Of a DNA stretch of 64,000 bases, positions 12,541 through 27,949 are shown one piece after another. Numbering within the stretch: the stretch's first letter is position 1; the number at the start of each line of letters is the position of its first letter. This DNA is from Eledone cirrhosa (Eukaryota), in NCBI GenBank assembly GCA_964016885.1, contig OZ024742.1, positions 13,888,001-13,952,000 on the forward strand. The letters are read 5' to 3'. The translations under genes were made by a program, and so were the position numbers. The notes under the pieces were generated by a model. That model made no database searches. It was not told the DNA's origin and worked only from the letters and a program-made list of their open reading frames with translations.

Positions 12541-15500
12541 TCTAACCCAAGTGACCACCTGACCTAGTGTAACCTCAATGTGAGACCTAACCCTAGAAGT
12601 GACCACCTGACCTAGTCTAGTCTCAATGTGAGACCTGACCTAGTCTAGCCTCAATGTGAGACTTCTAACCCTAGAAGTGACAACCTGACCTAGTGTAAAC
12701 CGAATGTGAAACCTAACCCAAGAAGTGACCACCTGACCTAGTCTAGCCTGAATATGAGACGATCTAACCCAAGTGACCACCTGACCTAGTGTAACCTCAA
12801 TGAGACCTAACCCTAGAAGTGACCATCTGACCTAGTCTAGCCTCAATGAAACCTAACCCTAGAAGTGACCACCTGACCTAGTCTAGCCTCAATGTGAGAT
12901 GATCTAACCTAAGAAGTGACCACCTGACCTAGTGTAACCTCAATGAGACCTAACCCTAGAAGTGACCACCTGACCTAGTCTAGCCTCAATGTGAGATCTA
13001 ACCTTAGCAGTGACCACCTGACCTAGTCTAGCCTCAATGTGAGACCTAACCCTAGAAGTGACCACCTGACCTAGTCTAGCTTCAATGTGAGACCTAACCC
13101 TAGAAGTGACCACCTGACTTAGTCTAGCCTCAATGTGAGACCTAACCCTAGAAGTGACCACCTGACCTAGTCTAGCCTCAATGTGAGACTATCTAACCCA
13201 AGAAGTGACCACCTGACCTAGTCTAGCCTCAATTTGAGACTAGCTAACCCAAGAAGTGACCACCTGACGTAGTGTAACCTCAATGTGAGACCTAACCCTA
13301 GAAGTGACCACCTGACCTAGTCTAGCCTCAATCTGAGACCTAACCCTAGAAGTGACTACCTGACCTAGTTTAGCCTCAATGTGACACCTTCAAGCCCTAG
13401 AAGTAACCACCTGACCTACTTTAGCCTCAATGTGAGACCATCTAACCCTAGAAGTGACCACCTGACCTAGTCTAGCATCAATGTGAGACCTAACCCTAGA
13501 AGTGACCACCTGACCTAGTCTAGCCTCAATGTTAGCCCTAACCCTAGAAGTGACCACCTGACCTAGTCTAGTTTCAATGTGAGAGCTAACCCTAAAAGTG
13601 ACCACCTGACCTAGTCTAGCCTCAATGTGAGATCTAACCCTTGAAGTGACCACCTGACCTAGTCTAGCCTCATTGTGAGACCTAATCCAAGAAGTGACCA
13701 CCTGACCTAGTCTAGTCTCAATGTGAGACCTAACCCTAGAAGTGACCACCTGACCTAGTCTAGCCTCAATGTGAGACTTCTAACCCTAGAAGTGACAACC
13801 TGACCTAGTGTAAACTCAATGTGAAACCTAACCCAAGAAGTGACCACCTGACCTACTTTAGCCTCAATGTGAGACCATCTATCCCTAGAAGTGACCACCT
13901 GACCTAGTCTAGGTTCGATGTGAGACCTAACCCTAGAAGTGACCACCTGACCTAGTCTAGCCTCCAATGTGAGACCTTCTAACCCTAGAAGTGACCACCT
14001 GACCTAGTCTAGCCTCAATGTTAGACCTAACCCTAGAAGTGACCACCTGACCTAGTCTAGCCTCAATGTGAGACCATCTAACCCTAGAAGTGACCACCTT
14101 ACCTAGTCTAGCCTCAATGTGAGACCATCTAACCCTAGAAGTGACCACCTTACCTAGTCTAGTCTCAATGTGAGACCTAACCCTAGAAGTGACCACCTGA
14201 CCTATTCTAGCCTGAATGTGAGTCGATCTAACCCAAGAAGTCACCACCTGACCTAGTGTAACCTCAATGAGACCTTCTAACCCTAGAAGTGACCATCTGA
14301 CCTAGTCTAGCCTCAATGTGAGACCTAACCCTAGAATTGACCACCTGACCTCGTCTATCCATAATGTGAGACTATCTAACCCAAGAAGTGACCACCTGAC
14401 CTAGTCTAGCCTCAATGTGAGACTTCTAACCCAAGAAGTGACCACCTGACCTAGTGTAACCTCAATGTGAGACCCTCTAACCCTAGAAGTGACCACCTGA
14501 CCTAGTCTAGCCTCAATGTGAGACCTAAACCTAGAAGTGACCACCTGACCTAATCTAGCCTCAATGTGAGACCTAACCCTAGAAGTGACCACCTGACCTA
14601 GTCTAGCCTCAATGTGAGATCTTCTAACCCTTGAAGTGACCACCTGACCTAGTCTAGCCTCATTGTGAGACCTAACCCAAGAAGTGACCACCTGACCTAA
14701 TCTAACCTCAATGTGAGACCTAACCTTAGCAGTGACCACCTGACTTAGTCTAGCCTCAATGTGAGACCTAACCCTAGAAGTGACCACCTGACCTAGTCTA
14801 GCCTCAATGTGAGACTAGCCCAAGAAGTGACAACCTGACCTAGTCTAGCCTCAATGTGAGACTAGCTAAGCCAAGAAGTAACCACCTGATGTAGTGTAAC
14901 CTCAATGTGAGACCTAACCCTAGAAGTGACCACCTGATCTAGTCTAGCCTCAATCTGAGACCTAACCCTAGAAGTGACAACCTGACCTAGTTTAGCCTCA
15001 ATGTGACACCTTCAAACCCTAGATGTGACCATCTGACCTACTTTAGCCTCAATGTGAGACCATCTAACCCTAGAAGTGACCACCTGACCTAGTCTAGGTT
15101 CGATGTGAGACCTAACCCTAGAAGTGACCACCTGACCTTGTCTAGCCTCCAATGTGAGACCTAACCCTAGAAGTGACCATCTGACCTCGTCTATCCATAA
15201 TGTGAGACTCTAACCCAAGAAGTGGCCACCTGACCTAGTCTAGCCTCAATGTGAGACTTCTAACCCAAGAAGTGACCACCTGACCTAGTGTAACCTCAAT
15301 GTGAGACCCTCTAACCCTAGAAGTGACCACCTGACCTAGTCTAGCCTCAATGTGAGACCTAACCCTAGAAGTGACCACCTGACCTAATCTAGCCTCAATG
15401 TGAGACCTAACCCTAGAAGTGACCACCTGACCTAGTCTAGCCTCAATGTGAGACTAACCCAAGAAGTAACCACCTGATGTAGTGTAACCTCAATGTGAGA

Positions 15501-18500
15501 CCTAACCCTAGAAGTGACCACCTGACCTAGTCTAGCCTCAAATGAGACCTAACCCAAGAAGTGACCACCTGACCTAGTGTAACCTCAATCTGAGACCTAA
15601 CCCTAGAAGTGACCACCTGACCTAGTTTAGCCTCAATGTGACACCTTCAAACCCTAGAAGTGACCACCTGACCTTGTCTAGCCTCCAATGTGAGACCTAA
15701 CCCTAGAAGTGACCACCTGACCTAGTCTTGCCTCAATGTGAGACCATCTAACCCTAGAAGTGACCACCTGACCTAGTCTAGCCTCAATGTGAGACCATCT
15801 AACCCTAGAAGTGACCACCTTAACTAATCTAGTCTCAATGTGAGACCTAACCCTAGAAGTAACCACCTGACCTAGTCTAGCCTCAATGTGAGACTTCTAA
15901 CCCTAGAAGTGACAACCTGACCTAGTGTAAACTCAATGTGAAACCTAACCCAAGAAGTGACCACCTGACCTAGTCTAGCCTCAATGTGAGACGATCTAAC
16001 CCAAGAAGTGACCACCTGACCTAGTCTAGCCTCAATGTGAGACCTAACCATAGAAGTGACCACCTGACCTAGTCTAGCCTCAATGTGAGACCTAAGCCTA
16101 GAACTGACCACTTGACCTAGTCTAGCCTCAATGTGAGACCTAGCCCTGGAAGTGACCACCTGACCTAGTCTAGCCTCAATGTTAGACTATCTAACCCTAG
16201 AAGTGACCAGCTGACCTAGTCTAGCCTCAATGTGAGACTTCTAACCCTAGAAGTGACCACCTGACCTAGTCTAGCCTCAATGTGAGACTAACCCAAGAAG
16301 TGACAACCTGACCTAGTCTAGCCTCAATGTGAGACTAGCTAACCCAAGAAGTAACCACCTGATGTAGTGTAACCTCAATGTGAGACTAGCTAACCCAAGA
16401 AGTAACCACCTGATGTAGTGTAACCTCAATGTGAGACCTAACCCTAGAAGTGACCACCTGACCTAGTCTAGCCTCAATCTGAGACCTAACCCATGAAGTG
16501 ACCACCTGACCTAGTGTAACCTCAATCTGAGACCTAACCCTAGTAGTGACCACCTGACCTAGTTTAGCCTCAATGTGACACCTTCAAACCCTAGAAGTGA
16601 CCACCTGACCTACTTTAGCCTCAATGTGAGACCGTCTAACCCTAGAAGTGACCACCTGACCTAGTCTAGTCTCAATGTGAGACCTGACCTAGTCTAGCCT
16701 CAATGTGAGACTTCTAACCCTAGAAGTGACAACCTGACCTAGTGTAAACCGAATGTGAAACCTAACCCAAGAAGTGACCACCTGACCTAGTCTAGCCTGA
16801 ATATGAGACGATCTAACCCAAGTGACCACCTGACCTAGTGTAACCTCAATGAGACCTAACCCTAGAAGTGACCATCTGACCTAGTCTAGCCTCAATGAAA
16901 CCTAACCCTAGAAGTGACCACCTGACCTCGTCTATCCATAATGTGAGACTATCTAACCCAAGAAGTGACCACCTGACCTAGTCTAGCCTCAATGTGAGAT
17001 GATCTAACCTAAGAAGTGACCACCTGACCTAGTGTAACCTCAATGAGACCTAACCCTAGAATTGACCACCTGACCTAGTCTAGCCTCAATGTAAGATCTA
17101 ACCTTAGCAGTGACCACCTGACCTAGTCTAGCCTCAATGTGAGACCTAACCCTAGAAGTGACCACCTGACCTAGTCTAGCTTCAATGTGAGACCTAACCC
17201 TAGAAGTGACCACCTGACTTAGTCTAGCCTCAATGTGAGACCTAACCCTAGAAGTGACCACCTGACCTAGTCTAGCCTCAATGTGAGACTATCTAACCCA
17301 AGAAGTGACCACCTGACCTAGTCTAGCCTCAATTTGAGACTAGCTAACCCAAGAAGTGACCACCTGACGTAGTGTAACCTCAATGTGAGACCTAACCCTA
17401 GAAGTGACCACCTGACCTAGTCTAGCCTCAATCTGAGACCTAACCCTAGAAGTGACTACCTGACCTAGTTTAGCCTCAATGTGACACCTTCAAGCCCTAG
17501 AAGTAACCACCTGACCTACTTTAGCCTCAATGTGAGACCATCTAACCCTAGAAGTGACCACCTGACCTAGTCTAGGTTCGATGTGAGACCTAACCCTAGA
17601 AGTGACCACCTGACCTAGTCTAGCCTCCAATGTGAGACCTAACCCTAGAAGTGACCACCTGACCTAGTCTAGCCTCAATGTGAGACCTAACCCTAGAAGT
17701 GACCACCTGACCTAGTCTAGCCTTAATATGAGACCTAACCCTAGAAGTGACCACCTGACCTAGTCTAGTTTCAATGTGAGACCTAACCCTAAAAGTGACC
17801 ACCTGACCTAGTCTAGCCTCAATGTGAGACCATCTAACCCTAGAAGTGACCACCTTACCTAGTCTAGTCTCAATGTGAGACCTAACCCTAGAAGTAACCA
17901 CCTGACCTACTCTAGCCTCAATGTGAGACTTCTAACCCTAGAAGTGACAACCTGACCTAGTGTAATCTTAATGTGAAACCTAACCCAAGAAGTGACCACC
18001 TTACCTAGTCTAGCCTCAATGTGAGACGATCTAACCCAAGAAGTGACCACCTGACCTAGTGTAACCTCAATGAGACCTTCTAACCCTAGAAGTGACCATC
18101 TGACCTAGTCTAGCCTCAATGTGAGACCTAACCCTAGAAGTGACCACCTGACCTCGTCTATCCATAATGTGAGACTATCTAACCCAAGAAGTGACCACCT
18201 GACCTAGTCTAGCCTCAAGTGACCACCTGACCTAGTGTCACCTCAATGTGAGACCCTCTAACCCTAGAAGAGACCACCTTACCTAGTCTAGCCTCAATGT
18301 GAGACCTAACCCTAGAAGTGACCACCTGACCTAGTCTAGCCTCAATGTGAGACCTAACCCTAGAAGTGACCACCTGACCTAGTCTAGCCTCAATGTGAGA
18401 CCTAACCATAGAAGTGACCACCTGACCTAGTCTAGCCTCAATGTGAGACGATCTAACCGAAGAAGTGACCACCTGACCTAGTGTAACCTCAATGAGACCT

Positions 18501-21500
18501 AACCCTAGAAGTGACCACCTGACCTAGTCTAGCCTCAATGTGAGATCTAACCCTTGAAGTGACCACCTGACCTAGTCTAGCCTCATTGTGAGACCTAATC
18601 CAAGAACTGACCACCTGACCTAGTCTAACCTCAATGTGAGACCTAACCTTAGCAGTGACCCCCTGACCTAGTCTAGCCTCAATGTGAGACCTAACCCTAG
18701 AAGTGACCACCTGGCCTAGTCTAGCTTCAATGTGAGACCTAACCCTAGAAGTGACCACTTGACTTAGTCTAGCCTCAATGTGAGACCTAACCCTAGAAGT
18801 CACCACCTGACCTAGTCTAGCCTCAATGTGAGACTATCTAACCCAAGAAGTGACCACCTGACCTAGTCTAGCCTCAATTTGAGACTAGCTAACCCAAGAA
18901 CTGACCACCTGACGTAGTGTAACCTCAATGTGAGACCTAACCCTAGAAGTGACCACCTGACCTAGTCTAGCCTCAATCTGAGACCTAACCCAAGAAGTGA
19001 GCACCTGACCTAGTGTAACCTCAATTTGAGACCTAACCCTAGAAGTGACCACCTGACCTAGTTTAGCCTCAATGTGACACCTTCAAGCCCTAGAAGTGAC
19101 CACCTGACCTAGTCTAGCCTCCAATGTGAGACCTTCTAACCCTAGAAGTGACCACCTGACCTAGTCTAGCCTCAATGTGAGACCTAACCCTAGAAGTGAC
19201 CACCTGACCTAGTCTAGCCTTAATATGAGACCTAACCCTAGAAGTGACCACCTGACCTAGTCTAGTTTCAATGTGAGACCTAACCCTAAAAGTGACCACC
19301 TGACCTAGTCTAGCCTCAATGTGAGACCATCTAACCCTAGAATTGACCACCTTACCTAGTCTAGTCTCAATGTGAGACCTAACCCTAGAAGTAACCACCT
19401 GACCTACTCTAGCCTCAATGTGAGACTTCTAACCCTAGAAGTGACAACCTGACCTAGTGTAATCTTAATGTGAAACCTAACCCAAGAAGTGACCACCTTA
19501 CCTAGTCTAGCCTCAATGTGAGACGATCTAACCCAAGAAGTGACCACCTGACCTAGTGTAACCTCAATGAGACCTAACCATAGAAGTGACCATCTGACCT
19601 AGTCTAGCCTCAATGTGAGACCTAACCCTAGAAGTGACCACCTGACCTCGTCTATCCATAATGTGAGACTATCTAACCCAAGAAGTGACCACCTGACCTA
19701 GTCTAGCCTCAATGTGAGACTTCTAACCTAAGAAGTGACCACCTGACCTAGTGTAACCTCAATGTGAGACCCTCTAACCCTAGAAGAGACCACCTTACCT
19801 AGTCTAGCCTCAATGTGAGACCTAACCCTAGAAGTGACCACCTGACCTAGTCTAGCCTCAATGTGAGACCTAACCCTAGAAGTGACCACCTGACCTAGTC
19901 TAGCCTCAATGTGAGACCTAACCATAGAAGTGACCACCTGACCTAGTCTAGCTTCAATGTGAGACGATCTAACCCAAGTGACCACCTGACCTAGTGTAAC
20001 CTCAATGTGAGACCTAACCCTAGAAGTGACCACCTGACCTAGTCTAGTCTCAATGTGAGACCTGACCTAGTCTAGCCTCAATGTGAGACTTCTAACCCTA
20101 GAAGTGACAACCTGACCTAGTGTAAACCGAATGTGAAACCTAACCCAAGAAGTGACCACCTGACCTAGTCTAGCCTGAATATGAGACGATCTAACCCAAG
20201 TGACCACCTGACCTAGTGTAACCTCAATGAGACCTAACCCTAGAAGTGACCATCTGACCTAGTCTAGCCTCAATGAAACCTAACCCTAGAAGTGACCACC
20301 TGACCTAGTCTAGCCTCAATGTGAGATGATCTAACCTAAGAAGTGACCACCTGACCTAGTGTAACCTCAATGAGACCTAACCCTAGAAGTGACCACCTGA
20401 CCTAGTCTAGCCTCAATGTGAGATCTAACCTTAGCAGTGACCACCTGACCTAGTCTAGCCTCAATGTGAGACCTAACCCTAGAAGTGACCACCTGACCTA
20501 GTCTAGCTTCAATGTGAGACCTAACCCTAGAAGTGACCACCTGACTTAGTCTAGCCTCAATGTGAGACCTAACCCTAGAAGTGACCACCTGACCTAGTCT
20601 AGCCTCAATGTGAGACTATCTAACCCAAGAAGTGACCACCTGACCTAGTCTAGCCTCAATTTGAGACTAGCTAACCCAAGAAGTGACCACCTGACGTAGT
20701 GTAACCTCAATGTGAGACCTAACCCTAGAAGTGACCACCTGACCTAGTCTAGCCTCAATCTGAGACCTAACCCTAGAAGTGACTACCTGACCTAGTTTAG
20801 CCTCAATGTGACACCTTCAAGCCCTAGAAGTAACCACCTGACCTACTTTAGCCTCAATGTGAGACCATCTAACCCTAGAAGTGACCACCTGACCTAGTCT
20901 AGCATCAATGTGAGACCTAACCCTAGAAGTGACCACCTGACCTAGTCTAGCCTCAATGTTAGCCCTAACCCTAGAAGTGACCACCTGACCTAGTCTAGTT
21001 TCAATGTGAGAGCTAACCCTAAAAGTGACCACCTGACCTAGTCTAGCCTCAATGTGAGATCTAACCCTTGAAGTGACCACCTGACCTAGTCTAGCCTCAT
21101 TGTGAGACCTAATCCAAGAAGTGACCACCTGACCTAGTCTAGTCTCAATGTGAGACCTAACCCTAGAAGTGACCACCTGACCTAGTCTAGCCTCAATGTG
21201 AGACTTCTAACCCTAGAAGTGACAACCTGACCTAGTGTAAACTCAATGTGAAACCTAACCCAAGAAGTGACCACCTGACCTACTTTAGCCTCAATGTGAG
21301 ACCATCTATCCCTAGAAGTGACCACCTGACCTAGTCTAGGTTCGATGTGAGACCTAACCCTAGAAGTGACCACCTGACCTAGTCTAGCCTCCAATGTGAG
21401 ACCTTCTAACCCTAGAAGTGACCACCTGACCTAGTCTAGCCTCAATGTTAGACCTAACCCTAGAAGTGACCACCTGACCTAGTCTAGCCTCAATGTGAGA

Positions 21501-23380
21501 CCATCTAACCCTAGAAGTGACCACCTTACCTAGTCTAGCCTCAATGTGAGACCATCTAACCCTAGAAGTGACCACCTTACCTAGTCTAGTCTCAATGTGA
21601 GACCTAACCCTAGAAGTGACCACCTGACCTATTCTAGCCTGAATGTGAGTCGATCTAACCCAAGAAGTCACCACCTGACCTAGTGTAACCTCAATGAGAC
21701 CTTCTAACCCTAGAAGTGACCATCTGACCTAGTCTAGCCTCAATGTGAGACCTAACCCTAGAATTGACCACCTGACCTCGTCTATCCATAATGTGAGACT
21801 ATCTAACCCAAGAAGTGACCACCTGACCTAGTCTAGCCTCAATGTGAGACTTCTAACCCAAGAAGTGACCACCTGACCTAGTGTAACCTCAATGTGAGAC
21901 CCTCTAACCCTAGAAGTGACCACCTGACCTAGTCTAGCCTCAATGTGAGACCTAAACCTAGAAGTGACCACCTGACCTAATCTAGCCTCAATGTGAGACC
22001 TAACCCTAGAAGTGACCACCTGACCTAGTCTAGCCTCAATGTGAGATCTTCTAACCCTTGAAGTGACCACCTGACCTAGTCTAGCCTCATTGTGAGACCT
22101 AACCCAAGAAGTGACCACCTGACCTAATCTAACCTCAATGTGAGACCTAACCTTAGCAGTGACCACCTGACTTAGTCTAGCCTCAATGTGAGACCTAACC
22201 CTAGAAGTGACCACCTGACCTAGTCTAGCCTCAATGTGAGACTAGCCCAAGAAGTGACAACCTGACCTAGTCTAGCCTCAATGTGAGACTAGCTAAGCCA
22301 AGAAGTAACCACCTGATGTAGTGTAACCTCAATGTGAGACCTAACCCTAGAAGTGACCACCTGATCTAGTCTAGCCTCAATCTGAGACCTAACCCTAGAA
22401 GTGACAACCTGACCTAGTTTAGCCTCAATGTGACACCTTCAAACCCTAGATGTGACCATCTGACCTACTTTAGCCTCAATGTGAGACCATCTAACCCTAG
22501 AAGTGACCACCTGACCTAGTCTAGGTTCGATGTGAGACCTAACCCTAGAAGTGACCACCTGACCTTGTCTAGCCTCCAATGTGAGACCTAACCCTAGAAG
22601 TGACCATCTGACCTCGTCTATCCATAATGTGAGACTCTAACCCAAGAAGTGGCCACCTGACCTAGTCTAGCCTCAATGTGAGACTTCTAACCCAAGAAGT
22701 GACCACCTGACCTAGTGTAACCTCAATGTGAGACCCTCTAACCCTAGAAGTGACCACCTGACCTAGTCTAGCCTCAATGTGAGACCTAACCCTAGAAGTG
22801 ACCACCTGACCTAATCTAGCCTCAATGTGAGACCTAACCCTAGAAGTGACCACCTGACCTAGTCTAGCCTCAATGTGAGACTAACCCAAGAAGTAACCAC
22901 CTGATGTAGTGTAACCTCAATGTGAGACCTAACCCTAGAAGTGACCACCTGACCTAGTCTAGCCTCAAATGAGACCTAACCCAAGAAGTGACCACCTGAC
23001 CTAGTGTAACCTCAATCTGAGACCTAACCCTAGAAGTGACCACCTGACCTAGTTTAGCCTCAATGTGACACCTTCAAACCCTAGAAGTGACCACCTGACC
23101 TTGTCTAGCCTCCAATGTGAGACCTAACCCTAGAAGTGACCACCTGACCTAGTCTTGCCTCAATGTGAGACCATCTAACCCTAGAAGTGACCACCTGACC
23201 TAGTCTAGCCTCAATGTGAGACCATCTAACCCTAGAAGTGACCACCTTAACTAATCTAGTCTCAATGTGAGACCTAACCCTAGAAGTAACCACCTGACCT
23301 AGTCTAGCCTCAATGTGAGACTTCTAACCCTAGAAGTGACAACCTGACCTAGTGTAAACTCAATGTGAAACCTAACCCAA
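8480..23380. repeat. Tandem duplication with 7427-bp period (7376 bp upstream of a 51-bp single-monomer duplication at ~16330-16430)
   Basis: ORF pairs 9613/17040, 10193/17620, 12301/19728, 13390/20817 and 15678/23105 differ by 7427, while 8496/15872 differ by 7376. Confidence 0.93.
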
Positions 23381-26300
23381 GGAGTGACCACCTTACCTAG
23401 TCTAGCCTCAATGTGAGACGATCTAACCCAAGAAGTGACCACCTGACCTAGTGTAACCTCAATGAGACCTAACCATAGAAGTGACCATCTGACCTAGTCT
23501 AGCCTCAATGTGAGACCTAACCCTAGAAGTGACCACCTGACCTCGTCTATCCATAATGTGAGACTATCTAACCCAAGAAGTGACCACCTGACCTAGTCTA
23601 GCCTCAATGTGAGACTTCTAACCTAAGAAGTGACCACCTGACCTAGTGTAACCTCAATGTGAGACCCTCTAACCCTAGAAGAGACCACCTTACCTAGTCT
23701 AGCCTCAATGTGAGACCTAACCCTAGAAGTGACCACCTGACCTAGTCTAGCCTCAATGTGAGACCTAACCCTAGAAGTGACCACCTGACCTAGTCTAGCC
23801 TCAATGTGAGACCTAACCATAGAAGTGACCACCTGACCTAGTCTAGCTTCAATGTGAGACGATCTAACCCAAGTGACCACCTGACCTAGTGTAACCTCAA
23901 TGTGAGACCTAACCCTAGAAGTGACCACCTGACCTAGTCTAGTCTCAATGTGAGACCTGACCTAGTCTAGCCTCAATGTGAGACTTCTAACCCTAGAAGT
24001 GACAACCTGACCTAGTGTAAACCGAATGTGAAACCTAACCCAAGAAGTGACCACCTGACCTAGTCTAGCCTGAATATGAGACGATCTAACCCAAGTGACC
24101 ACCTGACCTAGTGTAACCTCAATGAGACCTAACCCTAGAAGTGACCATCTGACCTAGTCTAGCCTCAATGAAACCTAACCCTAGAAGTGACCACCTGACC
24201 TAGTCTAGCCTCAATGTGAGATGATCTAACCTAAGAAGTGACCACCTGACCTAGTGTAACCTCAATGAGACCTAACCCTAGAAGTGACCACCTGACCTAG
24301 TCTAGCCTCAATGTGAGATCTAACCTTAGCAGTGACCACCTGACCTAGTCTAGCCTCAATGTGAGACCTAACCCTAGAAGTGACCACCTGACCTAGTCTA
24401 GCTTCAATGTGAGACCTAACCCTAGAAGTGACCACCTGACTTAGTCTAGCCTCAATGTGAGACCTAACCCTAGAAGTGACCACCTGACCTAGTCTAGCCT
24501 CAATGTGAGACTATCTAACCCAAGAAGTGACCACCTGACCTAGTCTAGCCTCAATTTGAGACTAGCTAACCCAAGAAGTGACCACCTGACGTAGTGTAAC
24601 CTCAATGTGAGACCTAACCCTAGAAGTGACCACCTGACCTAGTCTAGCCTCAATCTGAGACCTAACCCTAGAAGTGACTACCTGACCTAGTTTAGCCTCA
24701 ATGTGACACCTTCAAGCCCTAGAAGTAACCACCTGACCTACTTTAGCCTCAATGTGAGACCATCTAACCCTAGAAGTGACCACCTGACCTAGTCTAGCAT
24801 CAATGTGAGACCTAACCCTAGAAGTGACCACCTGACCTAGTCTAGCCTCAATGTTAGCCCTAACCCTAGAAGTGACCACCTGACCTAGTCTAGTTTCAAT
24901 GTGAGAGCTAACCCTAAAAGTGACCACCTGACCTAGTCTAGCCTCAATGTGAGATCTAACCCTTGAAGTGACCACCTGACCTAGTCTAGCCTCATTGTGA
25001 GACCTAATCCAAGAAGTGACCACCTGACCTAGTCTAGTCTCAATGTGAGACCTAACCCTAGAAGTGACCACCTGACCTAGTCTAGCCTCAATGTGAGACT
25101 TCTAACCCTAGAAGTGACAACCTGACCTAGTGTAAACTCAATGTGAAACCTAACCCAAGAAGTGACCACCTGACCTACTTTAGCCTCAATGTGAGACCAT
25201 CTATCCCTAGAAGTGACCACCTGACCTAGTCTAGGTTCGATGTGAGACCTAACCCTAGAAGTGACCACCTGACCTAGTCTAGCCTCCAATGTGAGACCTT
25301 CTAACCCTAGAAGTGACCACCTGACCTAGTCTAGCCTCAATGTTAGACCTAACCCTAGAAGTGACCACCTGACCTAGTCTAGCCTCAATGTGAGACCATC
25401 TAACCCTAGAAGTGACCACCTTACCTAGTCTAGCCTCAATGTGAGACCATCTAACCCTAGAAGTGACCACCTTACCTAGTCTAGTCTCAATGTGAGACCT
25501 AACCCTAGAAGTGACCACCTGACCTATTCTAGCCTGAATGTGAGTCGATCTAACCCAAGAAGTCACCACCTGACCTAGTGTAACCTCAATGAGACCTTCT
25601 AACCCTAGAAGTGACCATCTGACCTAGTCTAGCCTCAATGTGAGACCTAACCCTAGAATTGACCACCTGACCTCGTCTATCCATAATGTGAGACTATCTA
25701 ACCCAAGAAGTGACCACCTGACCTAGTCTAGCCTCAATGTGAGACTTCTAACCCAAGAAGTGACCACCTGACCTAGTGTAACCTCAATGTGAGACCCTCT
25801 AACCCTAGAAGTGACCACCTGACCTAGTCTAGCCTCAATGTGAGACCTAAACCTAGAAGTGACCACCTGACCTAATCTAGCCTCAATGTGAGACCTAACC
25901 CTAGAAGTGACCACCTGACCTAGTCTAGCCTCAATGTGAGATCTTCTAACCCTTGAAGTGACCACCTGACCTAGTCTAGCCTCATTGTGAGACCTAACCC
26001 AAGAAGTGACCACCTGACCTAATCTAACCTCAATGTGAGACCTAACCTTAGCAGTGACCACCTGACTTAGTCTAGCCTCAATGTGAGACCTAACCCTAGA
26101 AGTGACCACCTGACCTAGTCTAGCCTCAATGTGAGACTAGCCCAAGAAGTGACAACCTGACCTAGTCTAGCCTCAATGTGAGACTAGCTAAGCCAAGAAG
26201 TAACCACCTGATGTAGTGTAACCTCAATGTGAGACCTAACCCTAGAAGTGACCACCTGATCTAGTCTAGCCTCAATCTGAGACCTAACCCTAGAAGTGAC

Positions 26301-27285
26301 AACCTGACCTAGTTTAGCCTCAATGTGACACCTTCAAACCCTAGATGTGACCATCTGACCTACTTTAGCCTCAATGTGAGACCATCTAACCCTAGAAGTG
26401 ACCACCTGACCTAGTCTAGGTTCGATGTGAGACCTAACCCTAGAAGTGACCACCTGACCTTGTCTAGCCTCCAATGTGAGACCTAACCCTAGAAGTGACC
26501 ATCTGACCTCGTCTATCCATAATGTGAGACTCTAACCCAAGAAGTGGCCACCTGACCTAGTCTAGCCTCAATGTGAGACTTCTAACCCAAGAAGTGACCA
26601 CCTGACCTAGTGTAACCTCAATGTGAGACCCTCTAACCCTAGAAGTGACCACCTGACCTAGTCTAGCCTCAATGTGAGACCTAACCCTAGAAGTGACCAC
26701 CTGACCTAATCTAGCCTCAATGTGAGACCTAACCCTAGAAGTGACCACCTGACCTAGTCTAGCCTCAATGTGAGACTAACCCAAGAAGTAACCACCTGAT
26801 GTAGTGTAACCTCAATGTGAGACCTAACCCTAGAAGTGACCACCTGACCTAGTCTAGCCTCAAATGAGACCTAACCCAAGAAGTGACCACCTGACCTAGT
26901 GTAACCTCAATCTGAGACCTAACCCTAGAAGTGACCACCTGACCTAGTTTAGCCTCAATGTGACACCTTCAAACCCTAGAAGTGACCACCTGACCTTGTC
27001 TAGCCTCCAATGTGAGACCTAACCCTAGAAGTGACCACCTGACCTAGTCTTGCCTCAATGTGAGACCATCTAACCCTAGAAGTGACCACCTGACCTAGTC
27101 TAGCCTCAATGTGAGACCATCTAACCCTAGAAGTGACCACCTTAACTAATCTAGTCTCAATGTGAGACCTAACCCTAGAAGTAACCACCTGACCTAGTCT
27201 AGCCTCAATGTGAGACTTCTAACCCTAGAAGTGACAACCTGACCTAGTGTAAACTCAATGTGAAACCTAACCCAAGGAGTGACCA
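19490..27285. repeat. Tandem duplication with 3895-bp period
   Basis: ORF pairs 19728/23623, 20817/24712, 21828/25723 and 23105/27000 differ by 3895. The private variant CCCAAGGAGT occurs at ~23376 and ~27271. Confidence 0.93.
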
Positions 27286-27949
27286 CCTGACCTAGTCTAG
27301 CCTCAATGTGAGACCTAACCCTAGAAGTGACCACCTAACCTAGTCTAGTTTCAATGTGAAACCTGACCCTAAAAGTGACCACCTGACCTAGTCTAGCCTC
27401 AATGTGAGACCATCTAACCCTAGAAGTGACCACCTTACCTAGTCTAGTCTCAATTTGAGACCTAACCCTAGAAGTGACCACCTGACCTAGTCTAGCCTCA
27501 ATGTGAGACTTCTAACCCTAGAAGTGACAACCTGACCTAGTGTAAACTCAATGTGAAACCTAACCCAAGAAGTGACCACCTGACCTAGTCTAGCCTCAAT
27601 GTGAGACGATCTAACCCAAGAAGTGACCACCTGACCTAGCGTAACCTCAATGAGACCTAACCCTAGAAGTGACCATCTGACCTAGTCTAGCCTCAATGTG
27701 AGACCTAACCCTAGAAGTGACCACCTGACCTCGTCTATCCATAATGTGAGACTATCTAACCCAAAAAGTGACCACCTGACCTAGTCTAGCCTCAATGTGA
27801 GACTTCTAACCCAAGAAGTGACCTAGTGTAACCTCAATGTGTGACCCTCTAACCCTAGAAGTGACCACCTGACCTAGTCTAGCCTCAATCTGAGACCTAA
27901 CCCTAGAAGTGACCACCTGACCTAGTCTAGCCTCAATGTGAGACCTAAC

